Both the position numbers and the translations under genes were made by a program. From Nageia nagi (taxonomy: Eukaryota; Plantae; Pinophyta): a DNA stretch of 64,000 nucleotides. The notes below the pieces were generated by a model that was given only the letters and a program-made list of their open reading frames with translations, did no database searches and was not told the origin of the DNA. Where the stretch lies: positions 21,328,001 to 21,392,000 of the forward strand of contig JBITNC010000002.1 in the NCBI GenBank assembly GCA_050084985.1, written 5' to 3'. Every line of letters starts with the position of its first letter. Position 1 is the stretch's first letter. This document shows, piece by piece, positions 40,232 to 52,600 of the stretch.

Positions 40232-43200
40232 CTATGAACTGTTTGAAAAAATACCTCATTGAAATGCAGTCTCATAGATCGTAATGATTATAGGGTGGTT
40301 ACGTTGGAAGGGCCTGTGAACTATTTGATAAAATACCTCATCTAAATGTAGTCTCATGAACTATAATGATCATAGGATATGCATGAAATAATTACATTGG
40401 AAGGACCTGTAAATTATTTGATAAAATACCTCATCGAAATGTAGTCTCATGGATCGCAATGATCAAATGGTATCCATAAAATCGATACGTTGGAAGGGCC
40501 TACGAATTGTTTGAAAAAATGCCTCATCGAAATGCAATCTCATGGACTGAAATGATCACATGATATGCACAAAATGGGTTTTTTGAGAAGGCTTTATAGA
40601 CTTTTATGTAGTTGCAAATGTTATAAGTAGAGCCAATATCTGTAATCCTTTGCCAGCATTCTTCTAGCATGTGCCACCATGGGAGGTCCAAAAAAAGGTA
40701 TGAACATCCATCAAAGAGAAGATGAAAATGGTTTTTTATTTAATGTTGTGGTTGTGAATGCCTTGATATACATGTATGTAATACGTGGAAGAATACAAGT
40801 GATCTGAGAATTTTTGACAAGATGGACAATGGAGACATAATTTCATAGACTGTAATGATTGCATGATATGCATTGACCATAATATATTTTTTGTTTAAAT
40901 GAAAATTGGACCATACCAAAATGCAAGTGCAAGGAAGATGTTAAACATTAAATCTAGATTCTAAAACTTCATTTTCTTCCTTTCTAGGTCGATGCAAGTA
41001 AGATTATCCTACAGTACAAACAATGAAAGGATATCTAGAAGGATATGTGTAGAATTCAATTTTAGAATGGTCAAACTTCATAGCTCTGATCAAAATAAGG
41101 ATTCATTCTAAAATGCATGCACTAGGCTTCATAGAGTAAAGGAATATTGAAGTGCCAAGAATAGAGGTATTATAATATTTTAGGAATCTAAGTTTGCTAA
41201 AGCAATGCCAAAGAAAGAGGTAAACAATAGAATAATAGACTTTCATTAATCATGACTTTGGGTTTAGTCCTTTCAATTTTTTCTTAGAAAAGCATTTTGG
41301 CCAATTTTCACATAGCTTCAAACAAGACCTCCCTATTCCCATGGCTCTCAAGATGGTTCAAGTGCTAGCAATCAAGCGCAAAAATATTTAGTGGTTCATA
41401 GCTCATAGACCAAGAGTACATTGATCCAAAAAGGGATATGTCATGTTCTCACCTGTGACTATACCTTCAGCAATTTAGTTTTTAAATAAATGACTCCCTC
41501 CATTCTAGACTCTAACATTTAATATGGACAAAATATACCATGTAGTCTCATGCAATAATAACTTTTTTATTTTATAAATAATTCCATTTTAATCTTAACA
41601 TTTACCTCAAACAAATAAACACATGGTAGAGTACTATCTTGGTTAATATAAGATTTTAATGTTACACCTGGGACTACCATTCAAAACAAAATAAGTAATT
41701 TAAAATAACTTGTTTACCCCTTCTCCAATTACATCTAGATAAAGTATACCTTATATTACATGTAAGGGTATCATACCATTACTATGTCTTTCAAATGGCA
41801 CAAAAATGTAAGATCCAAATAACTAAGAACCTTATTATTTTTATTATTATAAGCAATTCATCCTTAAAAGAAATTCAAATAAAACTCAAAGTTTAGACTA
41901 GGCATTTTAGTACTAGTGACTAAAATGTTAGAAAAGTACCTAGAAAAATGGAAGATATTCCTTTCTTCATGGGTCTCCAAAATTTGGGAAGAGGAGAAAG
42001 GGATGTATGAAAAATTATCCTTTTTCTAAGGGTTCTCCTAGGTATTTATAACCAAAGGTTGGTATAGTCCATCCAAAATTTTAACTATTTATCCGCCTCA
42101 CATTTTTTGTTTGTGAGGGATAGGGGAATTTATAATTTTATGGTAGTATTTTGACAAGTTTGTTTGTAAGTCCCAAATCTTACAAATTATTTTTTACACC
42201 TCATATTAGGCACCAAAATGTATGGAAAATATTTGTTAATAATTTTACACACCTAACATAATAGACCAAAATGTATGGAGATGGTTCCTCCATTATTTTT
42301 GCAAAATACCAAAATAACCTTTGAGGTACCACAAAATACCAAAATAGTCCCTCATCCCTAAATTTTATTTTCACCTAAGCCTAGAAATTTATTATTTGTA
42401 AAAACTAAAATTCTTTGGTGAAAATTCAAATTTAAATATCTACAATATTCCCTGCAACATTCAAAAATAGTTAATTAAGCTTTTAAGGCAATTCAGGAAT
42501 GCACATCAATTTTTTTTAGCACACAAGTTTACCTGCGAAGACCACCCATATTGCAAGGTAAATTTTGTTAGTGTATACACAAATATTATACACACCATAG
42601 GGATTGAATATCATGTATAATAATTTTGATATGTAGCTACATGATTTACAAAGGTCCCTATGGGTTATTAGCAATCAATGCTAATCATTTTCTCACATTT
42701 ACCAATCCATTCTCATAACCTACTCATCTTAGTTCCCTGTAATCTTCAACTTGATTCTCACTTTAAGTTGACCTGTAACATATGTCACAAAAATCTTGAA
42801 GCCAACATTCATTCAACACAAATATTGCATATAACCATTCATTATTAATCATATAATAATCTTAATTAGATTCAAATTTTTTGAATATAGTCAAGTTATA
42901 ATGAAAGTAGATGGGTCATTACAAAAATTTTGAAGGCATTCAAAATTGTAGGTGTAATAGGGTTATTACATTAAAGGACTTTGTTCTAAGGGGATAGATG
43001 GATTTGTAATAGACCAAAAAAAGGCTTTTGTGGGTAGTTTTAAACCATATCCTATCATATTTCTTAGCGATTATCTACCAACTACCTATGCGCCCACCAT
43101 CAAAAGTACCCTCTCTATGGTGATGGCTACAAACTGCTAGTATATGGCACCCAAAATTGCTTCTAATATCATACAAAGGAAATTATAAACTATTATTATA

Positions 43201-43335
43201 TTAACCAATATGGGCAGTTATAATAGCACCTAAGCATGCCTCATTATATTTTTAAAGTGGCAGTATTAGTCATCACTTTATGGATATATGCAATAGTTTT
43301 AAACCATCGCATAGTTATCATATTTAAAAAAAATG

Positions 43336-43387
43336 GATGTAGCTTGGAAGCATTCCTCCAAATATAAGAATGCTTCCAAGATACATC
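43336..43387. repeat. Inverted repeat (20 bp stem with 1 mismatch, 12 nt loop)
   Basis: GATGTAGCTTGGAAGCATTC-ctccaaatataa-GAATGCTTCCAAGATACATC. Confidence 0.9.
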
Positions 43388-43492
43388 GTCCTTAGTTACC
43401 TGAGGCATCTAAGCTTAATCATAGTGAGCCTAATTATGATGTTGGCCATGAACTCCTAAATGATGGCCTAATAGAACTTACCAGACATCATT

Positions 43493-43516
43493 AATATATG
43501 TGTGTGTGTAAGAGAG

Positions 43517-43560
<44 letters not shown>

Positions 43561-43635
43561 CACCAGCAAGCGTGCATGTGTGTGTGTGTGTGTGTTTGTA
43601 TATATATATTATATATTATTATATATAATAATAAT
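43493..43635. repeat. Compound microsatellite (TG)n(AG)n(TG)n(TA)n
   Basis: Directly visible; the AG tract is ~43511-43558. Confidence 0.95.
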
Positions 43636-46600
43636 AAATAAATGATGAAATACAAAGGCATGTTCATGATCAAGTGCACCATATGATATAAAATTATTCA
43701 ACTACACCAACATATATTGTTCATGATCAAGTATACCATATATAATATAAAAAGATCCAAATTACACTTACATATGATATGTTTTTATCTAATTACATAT
43801 GAAATGATGCTACTATACCATATGATATGAAATGAAATAACAAGTGCAATATATGATATAAAATTATTCAAATGCACCAACATATATTCATGATCAAGTG
43901 CACCATATGATATAAAATTATCCAAATACACCAACATATGATATGAAATGATCTAATTACACCATATTGGTCTCAAATGATGCTACTATATCATATGATA
44001 TAAAATGAAAAGTGTACAATATGATATGAAATGAAAAGTAGTGCAATATGATATGAAATAATCTAAATACACTATATAGTTTGAAATAATGCTATTGTAC
44101 CATATGATATGAAATATGCACCAACATATGATATAAAATTGATCTAAGTACATCATATAGTCTGAAATGATATATTTGGTAAAAACATGTTTGTAATACT
44201 TAGCAATTGTTTAACTTAAAAACTAAAATATTATTTTGTCTTACCTTAATAAATGATCCAAATATGCTCTATAGTTTTGATTATTGCTTAATCAATACAA
44301 ATATAACATATAGTATACTACCCTAACATTTTAATTTACAAGCACCAAGTATAAATATCACATAATGCAACTTGTGAAATAAATATCGAGCCTTATGTAT
44401 TGTTTCACATTTTGCATAAATTTCTATCAGGGCAATCATAACCATAATATTCAAGGTAAAACCATTTTCAACTACTCTTTGATGGATGTCCATACGTTCT
44501 TCTAGAGCTCATATTTTACATACATATTTATGGGCCTTAAGTATTGTTCCACACTTTGCATACGTATCTATCCAAGCATTCAAAACCATAACATTTGATT
44601 TACAAAGCACCAAATAGACATATACACATACCCAATTCAGGGTTTGTGGGTATTTTGGAACCCGATCTCAATCAAAGTGAGTCAAATTATGATGCTCACT
44701 ATAGACCTCAAATTGTACAACTATAAATAAAAATAAATAAATAAATGGTCTACATATATACAATGATATACTCTATACAATATTACAACAAATATACATG
44801 AAATGCATAAACCTAATATAGAGTGAAGCAATGCATGTACAATCCTCAAAAGTAGATAGCCTTGAATCTTCAAAGGATTAGGATTAGATTTAGGATGAGC
44901 TTGCAACATATTCTTGCAAGAATGAAGTAATGAATCAACCACCAAAATTTGGAACTCTCAATATAGATGGTGCATTCCACTAATGGTGTAGAATCATAAC
45001 ATGCTAACTACATGGATGCAGATGATTCATGTTATGTGCAAGATACAAAAAGTTTAGAGCTCAAAGTATAACAAATTTTTAATGATAGTTAGCATCCAAA
45101 TACACCATTACAGTTTACAACCACCTATCAAAGTTATGTTTTATATCAAAAGAGTTTGATCTATGGAAATCAACATATTTCTCCCATATTTATAGCCTAC
45201 AAAGGACATAGAGAGGCATGAGGCCAACTTTCAGCAATTATAATAATCTTTACTATATTCAAGATAACTTAAAATATGAACTATATAAAATGATATTGCA
45301 TTGTAATATCAACTTTATCTTGATTTATGTATTATTACCATTAATCATTTAAGAAGTCTAAATATGATTTATTAAATAAATTATTTTTATGCATCTACAT
45401 TTTTCTCCTCTTTGGATATGTAATGGAAAGCATTAAAATTGCATAATCCATAGAAGTCTAGATAAGATAAAAAGATTTTTAGTAGTAGAGTATGATATGT
45501 TATTTGATCAATATGTTGAGTATGATATGTTATTTTCCCCCTTTTGATCTTGGTTTCCCCTTACTCATGTTGTTTCAAGTAAGAAAGCCATAATCGGAGT
45601 CCCTATATGAGGTGAGTGATCTATGCCAATCCTACTCATCCAAACAATACTATGGTCTATGTGACTCATAGTGTTATAAACCATGATTTATAGACTACTA
45701 TGATAGACAACTCATATCTATAAAGAACAAGTGCATGAGGTACTTTTTGATGCCCCAAGCTTGTAATATCCATGATTATCAAGCTAATGAGAACTTTTAA
45801 TGACTCAAGCTTGGAATAACCTATGAAAATGAGAGATTTTCTCATGGAATAACCATGGCCTTGAAGATAATTATTAGTAGACTAATTAATAATAACATTC
45901 AATTTTTGTAAATACACCAAATATTCAAATATTCATTGTTCTTGAATTTCAATATTTCAATTTGCATGGATTTCAAAGTAAACCCATGTCACTAGCGATG
46001 TAGTATGCCTAAAATTTTGCAATCATTCCTTCTACAATGTTACTGATTATTGTTACATCATTGCATATTCATGAAATAATCATATTTTTATTCATATATT
46101 CAAATATTTAGTTATATATTCAAATATATTTTAGCATGCCCCAATTTCAAAGGATTTATAATGAATGCACATTGTTAGCAGTGTGAACTTTGTCATATCA
46201 AGTGCAAAAATTGGAAAGAGATTCAACTGACATTTAGAAATATTATTTTGCACTATACCAAGAATGAAAGCATAAAATTTTCAACATAATCAATGTAGTA
46301 ACAACTTTTGACCACATACTCAATTTGTCTATATGACAATCATAAAATTGAAAGATTCATCATTTTGAGCTATTAATAATATGCAAGTATGATCGACATT
46401 TGAAAGCACATATAATTTTTCCTTATGCACACCACTAATGGAATGTAATGGATGAATTGATCTTGAGGAAAAATAGCATATCCAATTAGCATTAAAATAT
46501 GAATTTTCAAGTATTTATCATCCAAAAATCATGCATATATGTGAACATGAAAAATTTGTATGCAGATTTAATTAAAATTAATTTCAATAATTAATATTAA

Positions 46601-47519
46601 TCATTTACATTCATCCAATATTCATGACATTTTGTTAATATGATCTATGATAGCAAGAATTAAAAAAGTGCATTTTGATTTTTTTTCAAATTACACATAA
46701 GGAATGCTGCTAGCGGTGTCCATTTAATACAAATAAAATTGAAAAATAAAAGATAGTTAATTTCCATTCCAATGTGCAATGTAAACTATGCAAATGAATG
46801 ATCTTACCATTTGTAATCATCAAGCGCTATACTATTGATCAATTTGATGAAAAGCATGCTGCTAGTGGTGTGAAAATAACAAAATTAATTCTTCAAAAAG
46901 AAATGAAATCCCTATAAAATATTTGAAACTATTTTCTACATATGAAATAATGAAAACATGTAATACCAAATAACTACCAACATGCCCTAGGGTTAAGAGA
47001 GAGAAATGGGAAATAAAAGGTAGCTAAGGTTGACTTTTGGCTCATTTTTTATTATCTTATTGGTGATTTATACTTTGGGTTGTTGGATGACCTTGTCTTC
47101 TTGTGCACCCTACTTACCATGAAACCTACCCCCAATCTTGGCATGATTTATTCTTGATCATTGGATCTTTGATCAGGTGTTTCATGCTAGTTGTTTGATT
47201 TCCTTGTTTTACCCATACATGGCAAATGATGGATGGTGTGGGGTTGGGAGACCTCTTACTAGATGAAGAAGCCACATCATTGAGTACATGCACACCCTCC
47301 CTTTTGATCACACATTATGTTGTATTATATATTACCATTTTGGTCTCTTTTTACTTCAATTTTCATAGTATATTTCCTACATGTTATTTCATTTTGGTGT
47401 TTTTCATTTGAGTTCTAATTGTAAATTAGGTTTCTTTTCTTATTAATGCTTGATTTTAATTTAAATTTTTTTCTTAATCCTTGCAAGATCACATGATTTT
47501 TATTCGAGGTGAATCTATA

Positions 47520-47674
47520 TCCACAATGGCTTTAGAAAGGCTTAGTATTGGAAAAGGACCAACCATGAGGATGATATCCTCTCATAATGTGGGTTGGAAG
47601 ACTTGGCTATTATGGTATATATCTAGCAAGATATTCCCTTGTTGATAGCTCTAGTAGAGTGATAGTATCCTAAT
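47520..47674 (+). pseudogene. N-terminal PMD fragment
   Basis: DILS*CGLEDLAIMVYI*QDIPLLIALVE**YPN corresponds to LLxALVERWxP with CGA>TGA and TGG>TAG. Confidence 0.7.
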
Positions 47675-49514
47675 TGTAACACATTAACCTACCCTTAGGT
47701 GAAATAAGTGTCCAAAAAAAATTTGGAGGAAAATACGAAGATTAGGATTTGTAATGTGTACAGATCCATGGACTCAATAATGCGCAGAATGAGTTTTTCT
47801 ATCATGGAGAAAATGCAAGACTTGGGTATAGTTTGACAACACGCATGATACAAGAATAGTTTCATGGATGGTTGGATGTATACAAAAAAAATAACATGTT
47901 CTAAAATGGCATAGAATACTTTAAAGCATTTATAGCAGTCAAATGTAGGGCCAAACTCTAAACCTTTTCGAGCATTTTTCAATGTGTACCATGATGGAAA
48001 CGCTAGGTAAAGGTTGGGAGATCTTTCAAGAGGAATTGAAAATGGTTTGTCATCAAATTTTGTGGCTATGAGTGCCTTATTAACCATGTATGATAAATGG
48101 AAGAAAAAATACACAAGATCCAAGAATAGATATTACGGTACCTATTATCAACTTTTCCATGTACATAGCAAAAACTATAGAAGAAAATAATAAAATTCAT
48201 GGAGGGTATTGGAAACTAAACATGCCCTTACATATTATCTTAGCAATTAAAAATTTTGTCTCTCTAAATTTACAATTAGGTAAGGAGTACATGTAATATA
48301 TCAACCAAAAGGGGTCCATTCTAAGTACTTCATTGAAGTCATACAGAGTTTATGAAGTCATCTTTCTTCAAAAACTATAACAATTGCAGAAGGCTTACAA
48401 TGTAACTATACAAATGTACAAATCTTACATCTAATAATTAAAAAGATGTCTTTCCAAAGTACCTTATATAGTAAATATTTAATAGATCTATCTTTCTTCA
48501 ATTAAGAAATAAATGCATCACAACTTGTCTAAACATTGTACCAATTATATGTAAGAGTACCATATGATACAGGGAATTCTTTTCCCATATATTTTACTAC
48601 TACATTTTCATAAGAATAAATGATCCTATCAAACATACAATGTAACAAGCATTTTAGACCATAACTCAAAGCAAAGAAAAGTAATAGGCTTAAGAGGAAA
48701 TCTTTCTCCACAGATTTTAACTAAAATTCTTGAAAAGAATGGGAGAGAATATTTATTCCTCTAGAATTATCCAATATTTATAGGTCAAATGGGCCTAATA
48801 CTTTCAAGAAAAGAACTATTGTTCCACCTCATCACATTTACACGTAAAGGTGAAGATGTTAATATTTTTGTAAAGGTTTTGAGATATCTACAAGACTTCA
48901 TTTCAAATCATTAGCACCTACCTTCAAATAAGAAATTATTTTTTAATATGCCAAAGTATTTTAATTATGAAGAAAATACAAGTGTTCTTTCTTACCCTTA
49001 AATATAGTTTTATTGATTTTCATTAATATCCTAGGTTAAAAATTTGAATTTCAATCAATAAAATATTTTTTGTAGGTAGAAAATGCACATTAATATTTTT
49101 AACACACATTTATTACTTGTAGCAATCCTTTCATCCTGCAAGATAAATTTATTAGTGCACATTCATATTTGTATACAAAAACATTTTCAAAAATATAATT
49201 TTAATATGCATCGATATGATTTACTAGGGTCCTTATGAGTCTATCAACAATTTAATGCCAATAATTTCCTCACTCTTACCAATTCATTTCCTTAACCACT
49301 CATCCTAGTTCTTAGGGATCTCCATCATGGTTCCTTCGTTAGATCGACCTATCACCTGTGTCACACAAAATCTTGAATCCAGTATCATATTGACATAAGT
49401 AATACATATTTTCATTTAAAATTTAGCATCATTTAGAAATATTTTAAAATATGGTTTCATTCACATCCTCGATGATGCTCGAGGTCAAGTAGTGCTATCG
49501 AGCGGGTTGTTACA
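47675..49514 (-). mobile_element. 1.84 kb solo/recombinant LTR related to the giant LTRs, containing a PPR fragment
   Basis: TGTAAC...GTTACA termini. 49080-49385 is homologous to 28030-28350 and 42495-42810 (AATGCACAT, CCTGCAAG.TAAATTT, ACCAATTCATT.CCT.A...ACTCATC.T.GTT, AAATCTTGAA.CC). Flanks CTAAT/ATAAT. Confidence 0.78.
47780..48130 (+). pseudogene. Decayed PLS-PPR fragment
   Basis: IVSWMV..YT.., SNVGPNS..F and IENGLSSNFVAMSALLTMYDK, which aligns to KNSFSSNVVVMNALTYIY at ~26255. Confidence 0.75.
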
Positions 49515-51224
49515 ATAATAATAATCTTTATTATATTCAAAATAACTTAAAATATGAATCATGTATATGATATTGTATTGTAATATCAACTTTATATTGA
49601 TATATGTATTATTACCATTAATTATTTAATATTTCTAAATATGATTTATTAAATAAATAATAAATCATTTTTAAGCATGTACACTTATCATGGGTTACGA
49701 AAAGATAGCCTAATGGAACTGACCAATCATCATTTATATATATGAAAATGATGAAAGATAAAGGCATGTTCATAATCAATTGCACCATATGATATAAAAT
49801 AATCTAAATGCACCAACATATGATATAAAATTATCTAATTACACTATATTGGTATGAAATGATGTTATTGTACCATATAATATGAAATAACAAGTGCACG
49901 ATATGATATGAAATGATTTAAATACACCATATAGTTTGAAACAATGTAACTGTACCATATGATATGAAATATACACTAACATATGATATGAAATTTATCT
50001 AAATACACCATATGGTTATAAATAATATAGTTGGTAAAATAAGCTTGTAATACTTAGTAACTATTTTTTTATTTCAATAATATATCTTTTTTTGTGAATA
50101 AAATATCCAAAATATTATGAATTATGCTCAAATGATTCAAATATGCTCTACAATTTTGATTATTACTCAATCAATTCAAATATGATATATAGTATTGCTA
50201 CGACAATATTTTAATTTATAAGCACCAAGTATAAATAGCACATAATGCATCTTGTGAGATAAATATTGGGTCTTATGTATTGTTTCACATTTCACATACA
50301 TGTAATCAAGGTAGTCATAACCACAATATTCAAGGTAAAACCATTTTCAACTATTATTTGATGAATTTCCATACCTTCTTCTAGAGCTCATATTTTGCAT
50401 ACATATCTATAGGCCTCGAGTATTGTTCCACATTTTACATACATGTCTATCCAAGTATTCAAAACCACAACATTCAATTTATAAAGCACCAAGTAGACAC
50501 TTACACATACCCAATTTAGGGTTTGTGGGTATTTTTGCATCCAAGATTAATCAAAGTGAGTCAAATTATGATGTTGGTAATGGGCTATCGAAGGATAGCC
50601 CAATAGAACTAACCAATCACCATTTATATATATTCAAATGATGAAATATAAAGGCATGTTCATAGTCAAGTGCACTATGTGATATAAAATTATCCAAATG
50701 CACCAATATGATCAAGTAAACCAAATAATATAAATGATCCAAATGCACCAACATATGATATGAAATTATCTAATTATACCATATTAGTTTCAAATGATGT
50801 TATTATACCATATGATATGAAATTATACAAATATGATCTACAGTACTGCTATCGTAATATTTCTATTTTCTAGCACCAAGTAGACACATCCACACACCCA
50901 AGTAGTAATTTTTGGAAAAATAATGGAATGAAACATAAAAATTGATAGATATGAATGCAAAATGAAATGGAATATAAAACCTAATAAACATAAAACCATT
51001 ATTTTTATCTGATACATCCATGTACCCAATTTAGGATTTATGAGTATTTTGGCACTTAACCTAGGCATTTAGTATATTGGAAAGGCAATATGAGAGAAGA
51101 TGAGATGCAAGTAGGTATTTCATTCCATGATATTGTATTATTCTTCCATGATCCATCAGCTTGTATTCTTTTGGATTCTATAATATAAATCTTTGCTTTG
51201 AATTTTTCTACATTCTTTTAGAAA

Positions 51225-51545
51225 ACTCATGAACCCTGCAAATATTGCATACCATGAAGTTGTGTTTGTATTATGCATTTTTCAAACTTATAATGAGTCT
51301 TGTGTATTCTTCCACATATTTCATGTTCTATGGTTTTTTTTAGAAAATCTATTTTGTGTATCATGCAATCATTATAGACCATGAAACTATATTTTCATCA
51401 TGCATCTTGTTAAATAAATCTCAAGTCTTGTTTTATTCTTCCACATGTTTCAATTGTTAATGGTCCTTTTCTAGAAAACCTATTTTATGTATTGTATAAT
51501 CATTGTATACAATGAAACTATTTTCATTATGCATCTTGTAAAAAA
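51225..51545 (-). pseudogene. PPR fragments (about 2.5 tandem ~125 bp pieces)
   Basis: Minus strand: TCGRIK..LFNKMHDENIVSWSIMIA*Y.., ICGRIHKTHYKFEK and HNTNTTSWYAIFAG. Confidence 0.78.
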
Positions 51546-52544
51546 ACCCACAACATTTAATTTACAAGCACCAAGTAGACAGATCCACACACCCAATTGA
51601 AGGTTTATGGATATCTTAGAAATGAAGTTATGTACATAAATTGTTGGATTGTATAATGTATTATTGTAAGGTTTTGTAATGTTTCTCTTTTCAATTTCAC
51701 TAATACTTAAAGGTATTCCTATATACTTTAATTATTTAAGTAAATATGATAATATAACTTATTCTTCACTCCATCTCATGAGCATACCCCTTGGGTAAAA
51801 GGGTGAAGCATGTCATGCTTTAGTATAATGGTTAAAAGGGTGATCCAAAGGAGGATTTTGGTCTATAAAAAAAAGGCCCCCTCTTTGTGATAATTCACCA
51901 AAAATTGTAAAGAAAACATATGCTCTAGGATTAATGATTAGGAGATGAAAAAAGAGTTCTCATAAGAGAGTTATCTTTGTGAATGAAGAAATATCTTAGA
52001 TAGTGGATGTAATTCTAGTTGAAAGAACTACTTTATATCTTGAGTCAATTTGTGAGATTGTTATTCTTAGATTTTTGATGTTAGAGTGAGCATACAAGTG
52101 ATCTTGATAGATTAAGATTATATTTTTTAAGGTAAAAATCCTTCATTTGGTATTAGAGCTTGGTGTGGAAGCTCTTCTTCAACATCTTGGTGATCTTCAT
52201 TCTTCATCCTAAACTCCATTGGGAGGTAAAAGAGCTTCAAAGGTATAACTTTCTTTTTTCTTTACTTTTTATTACTAACATATTTTGTGTTATGTTAGTC
52301 CTTTTTTTATGGAAAGATTTGCTTAAAGTAGCAATATATTGTGATGTAATATTTTTGGCTTATACTAATATTTCTTATTGTTAGTTGCAATTTTAAAATT
52401 GTTTATTATATTGCTATGATTTTTTGTATATATTTAGTTTGGAGATGTTATTTTGTATATAAAAAGGTTTGAATACAAAAAACTTATATTCTACATTCTT
52501 TTTAAAAAAGCAAACAATTATATAAAAAAATTTAATGAAAATTT

Positions 52545-52561
52545 TATATATATATATATAT

Positions 52562-52593
<32 letters not shown>

Positions 52594-52600
52594 TGTATAT
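52545..52600. repeat. (TA)n(TATG)n microsatellite in the copia leader
   Basis: Directly visible. Confidence 0.9.

Larger units (their letters stand above)
35008..40880 (+). pseudogene. Second copy of the PPR fragment (35008-35067 + 40232-40880), split by the copia insertion
   Basis: GYAQNGYVGRAY|ELFEKIPH..VSW. Same motif spacing (82, 93, 93 bp) as 25705-26410, followed by FASILLACA...GMNIHQR...NVVVVNALIYMY. Confidence 0.92.
22375..42970 (-). mobile_element. Non-autonomous gypsy-type LTR element (LARD-like) with ~4.7 kb PPR-containing LTRs
   Basis: Direct repeats 22375-28505 and 33158-42970 with TGTAAT...ATTACA termini and perfect TSD TTAAA (22370-22374 and 42971-42975). Decayed Met PBS at 33145-33156 and PPT at 28506-28520. 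No RT/INT motifs seen in the 4.65 kb interior. Confidence 0.9.
33158..42970 (-). repeat. 5' LTR (about 4.65 kb after removing the nested 5.16 kb copia)
   Basis: Starts TATAATGCTACCCC (decayed TGTAAT) and ends GGGTTATTACA. Adjacent to the PBS. Confidence 0.92.
44700..49683 (-). mobile_element. Internally deleted Ogre/Tat-like gypsy: 3' LTR 44700-45398, 3' UTR, start of a PMD ORF, and a 5' LTR remnant 49515-49683
   Basis: 45238-45398 is homologous to 49515-49683 (ends GCATCTACA / GCATGTACA). PPT complement TTTTTCTCCTCTTTGG at 45399. It interrupts a modular-repeat unit, with decayed TSD CTCAC/CTTAT. Confidence 0.7.

Noticed and set aside
22375-42970. Tandem segmental duplication of a PPR gene locus
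   Set aside because: The repeat ends coincide exactly with TG..CA termini, a 5 bp TSD, PBS and PPT, so the duplicates are LTRs of one element.
42976-43430. CACTA transposon end
   Set aside because: Degenerate subterminal-like motifs are present, but no convincing CACTA/TAGTG TIR pair, 3 bp TSD or transposase.
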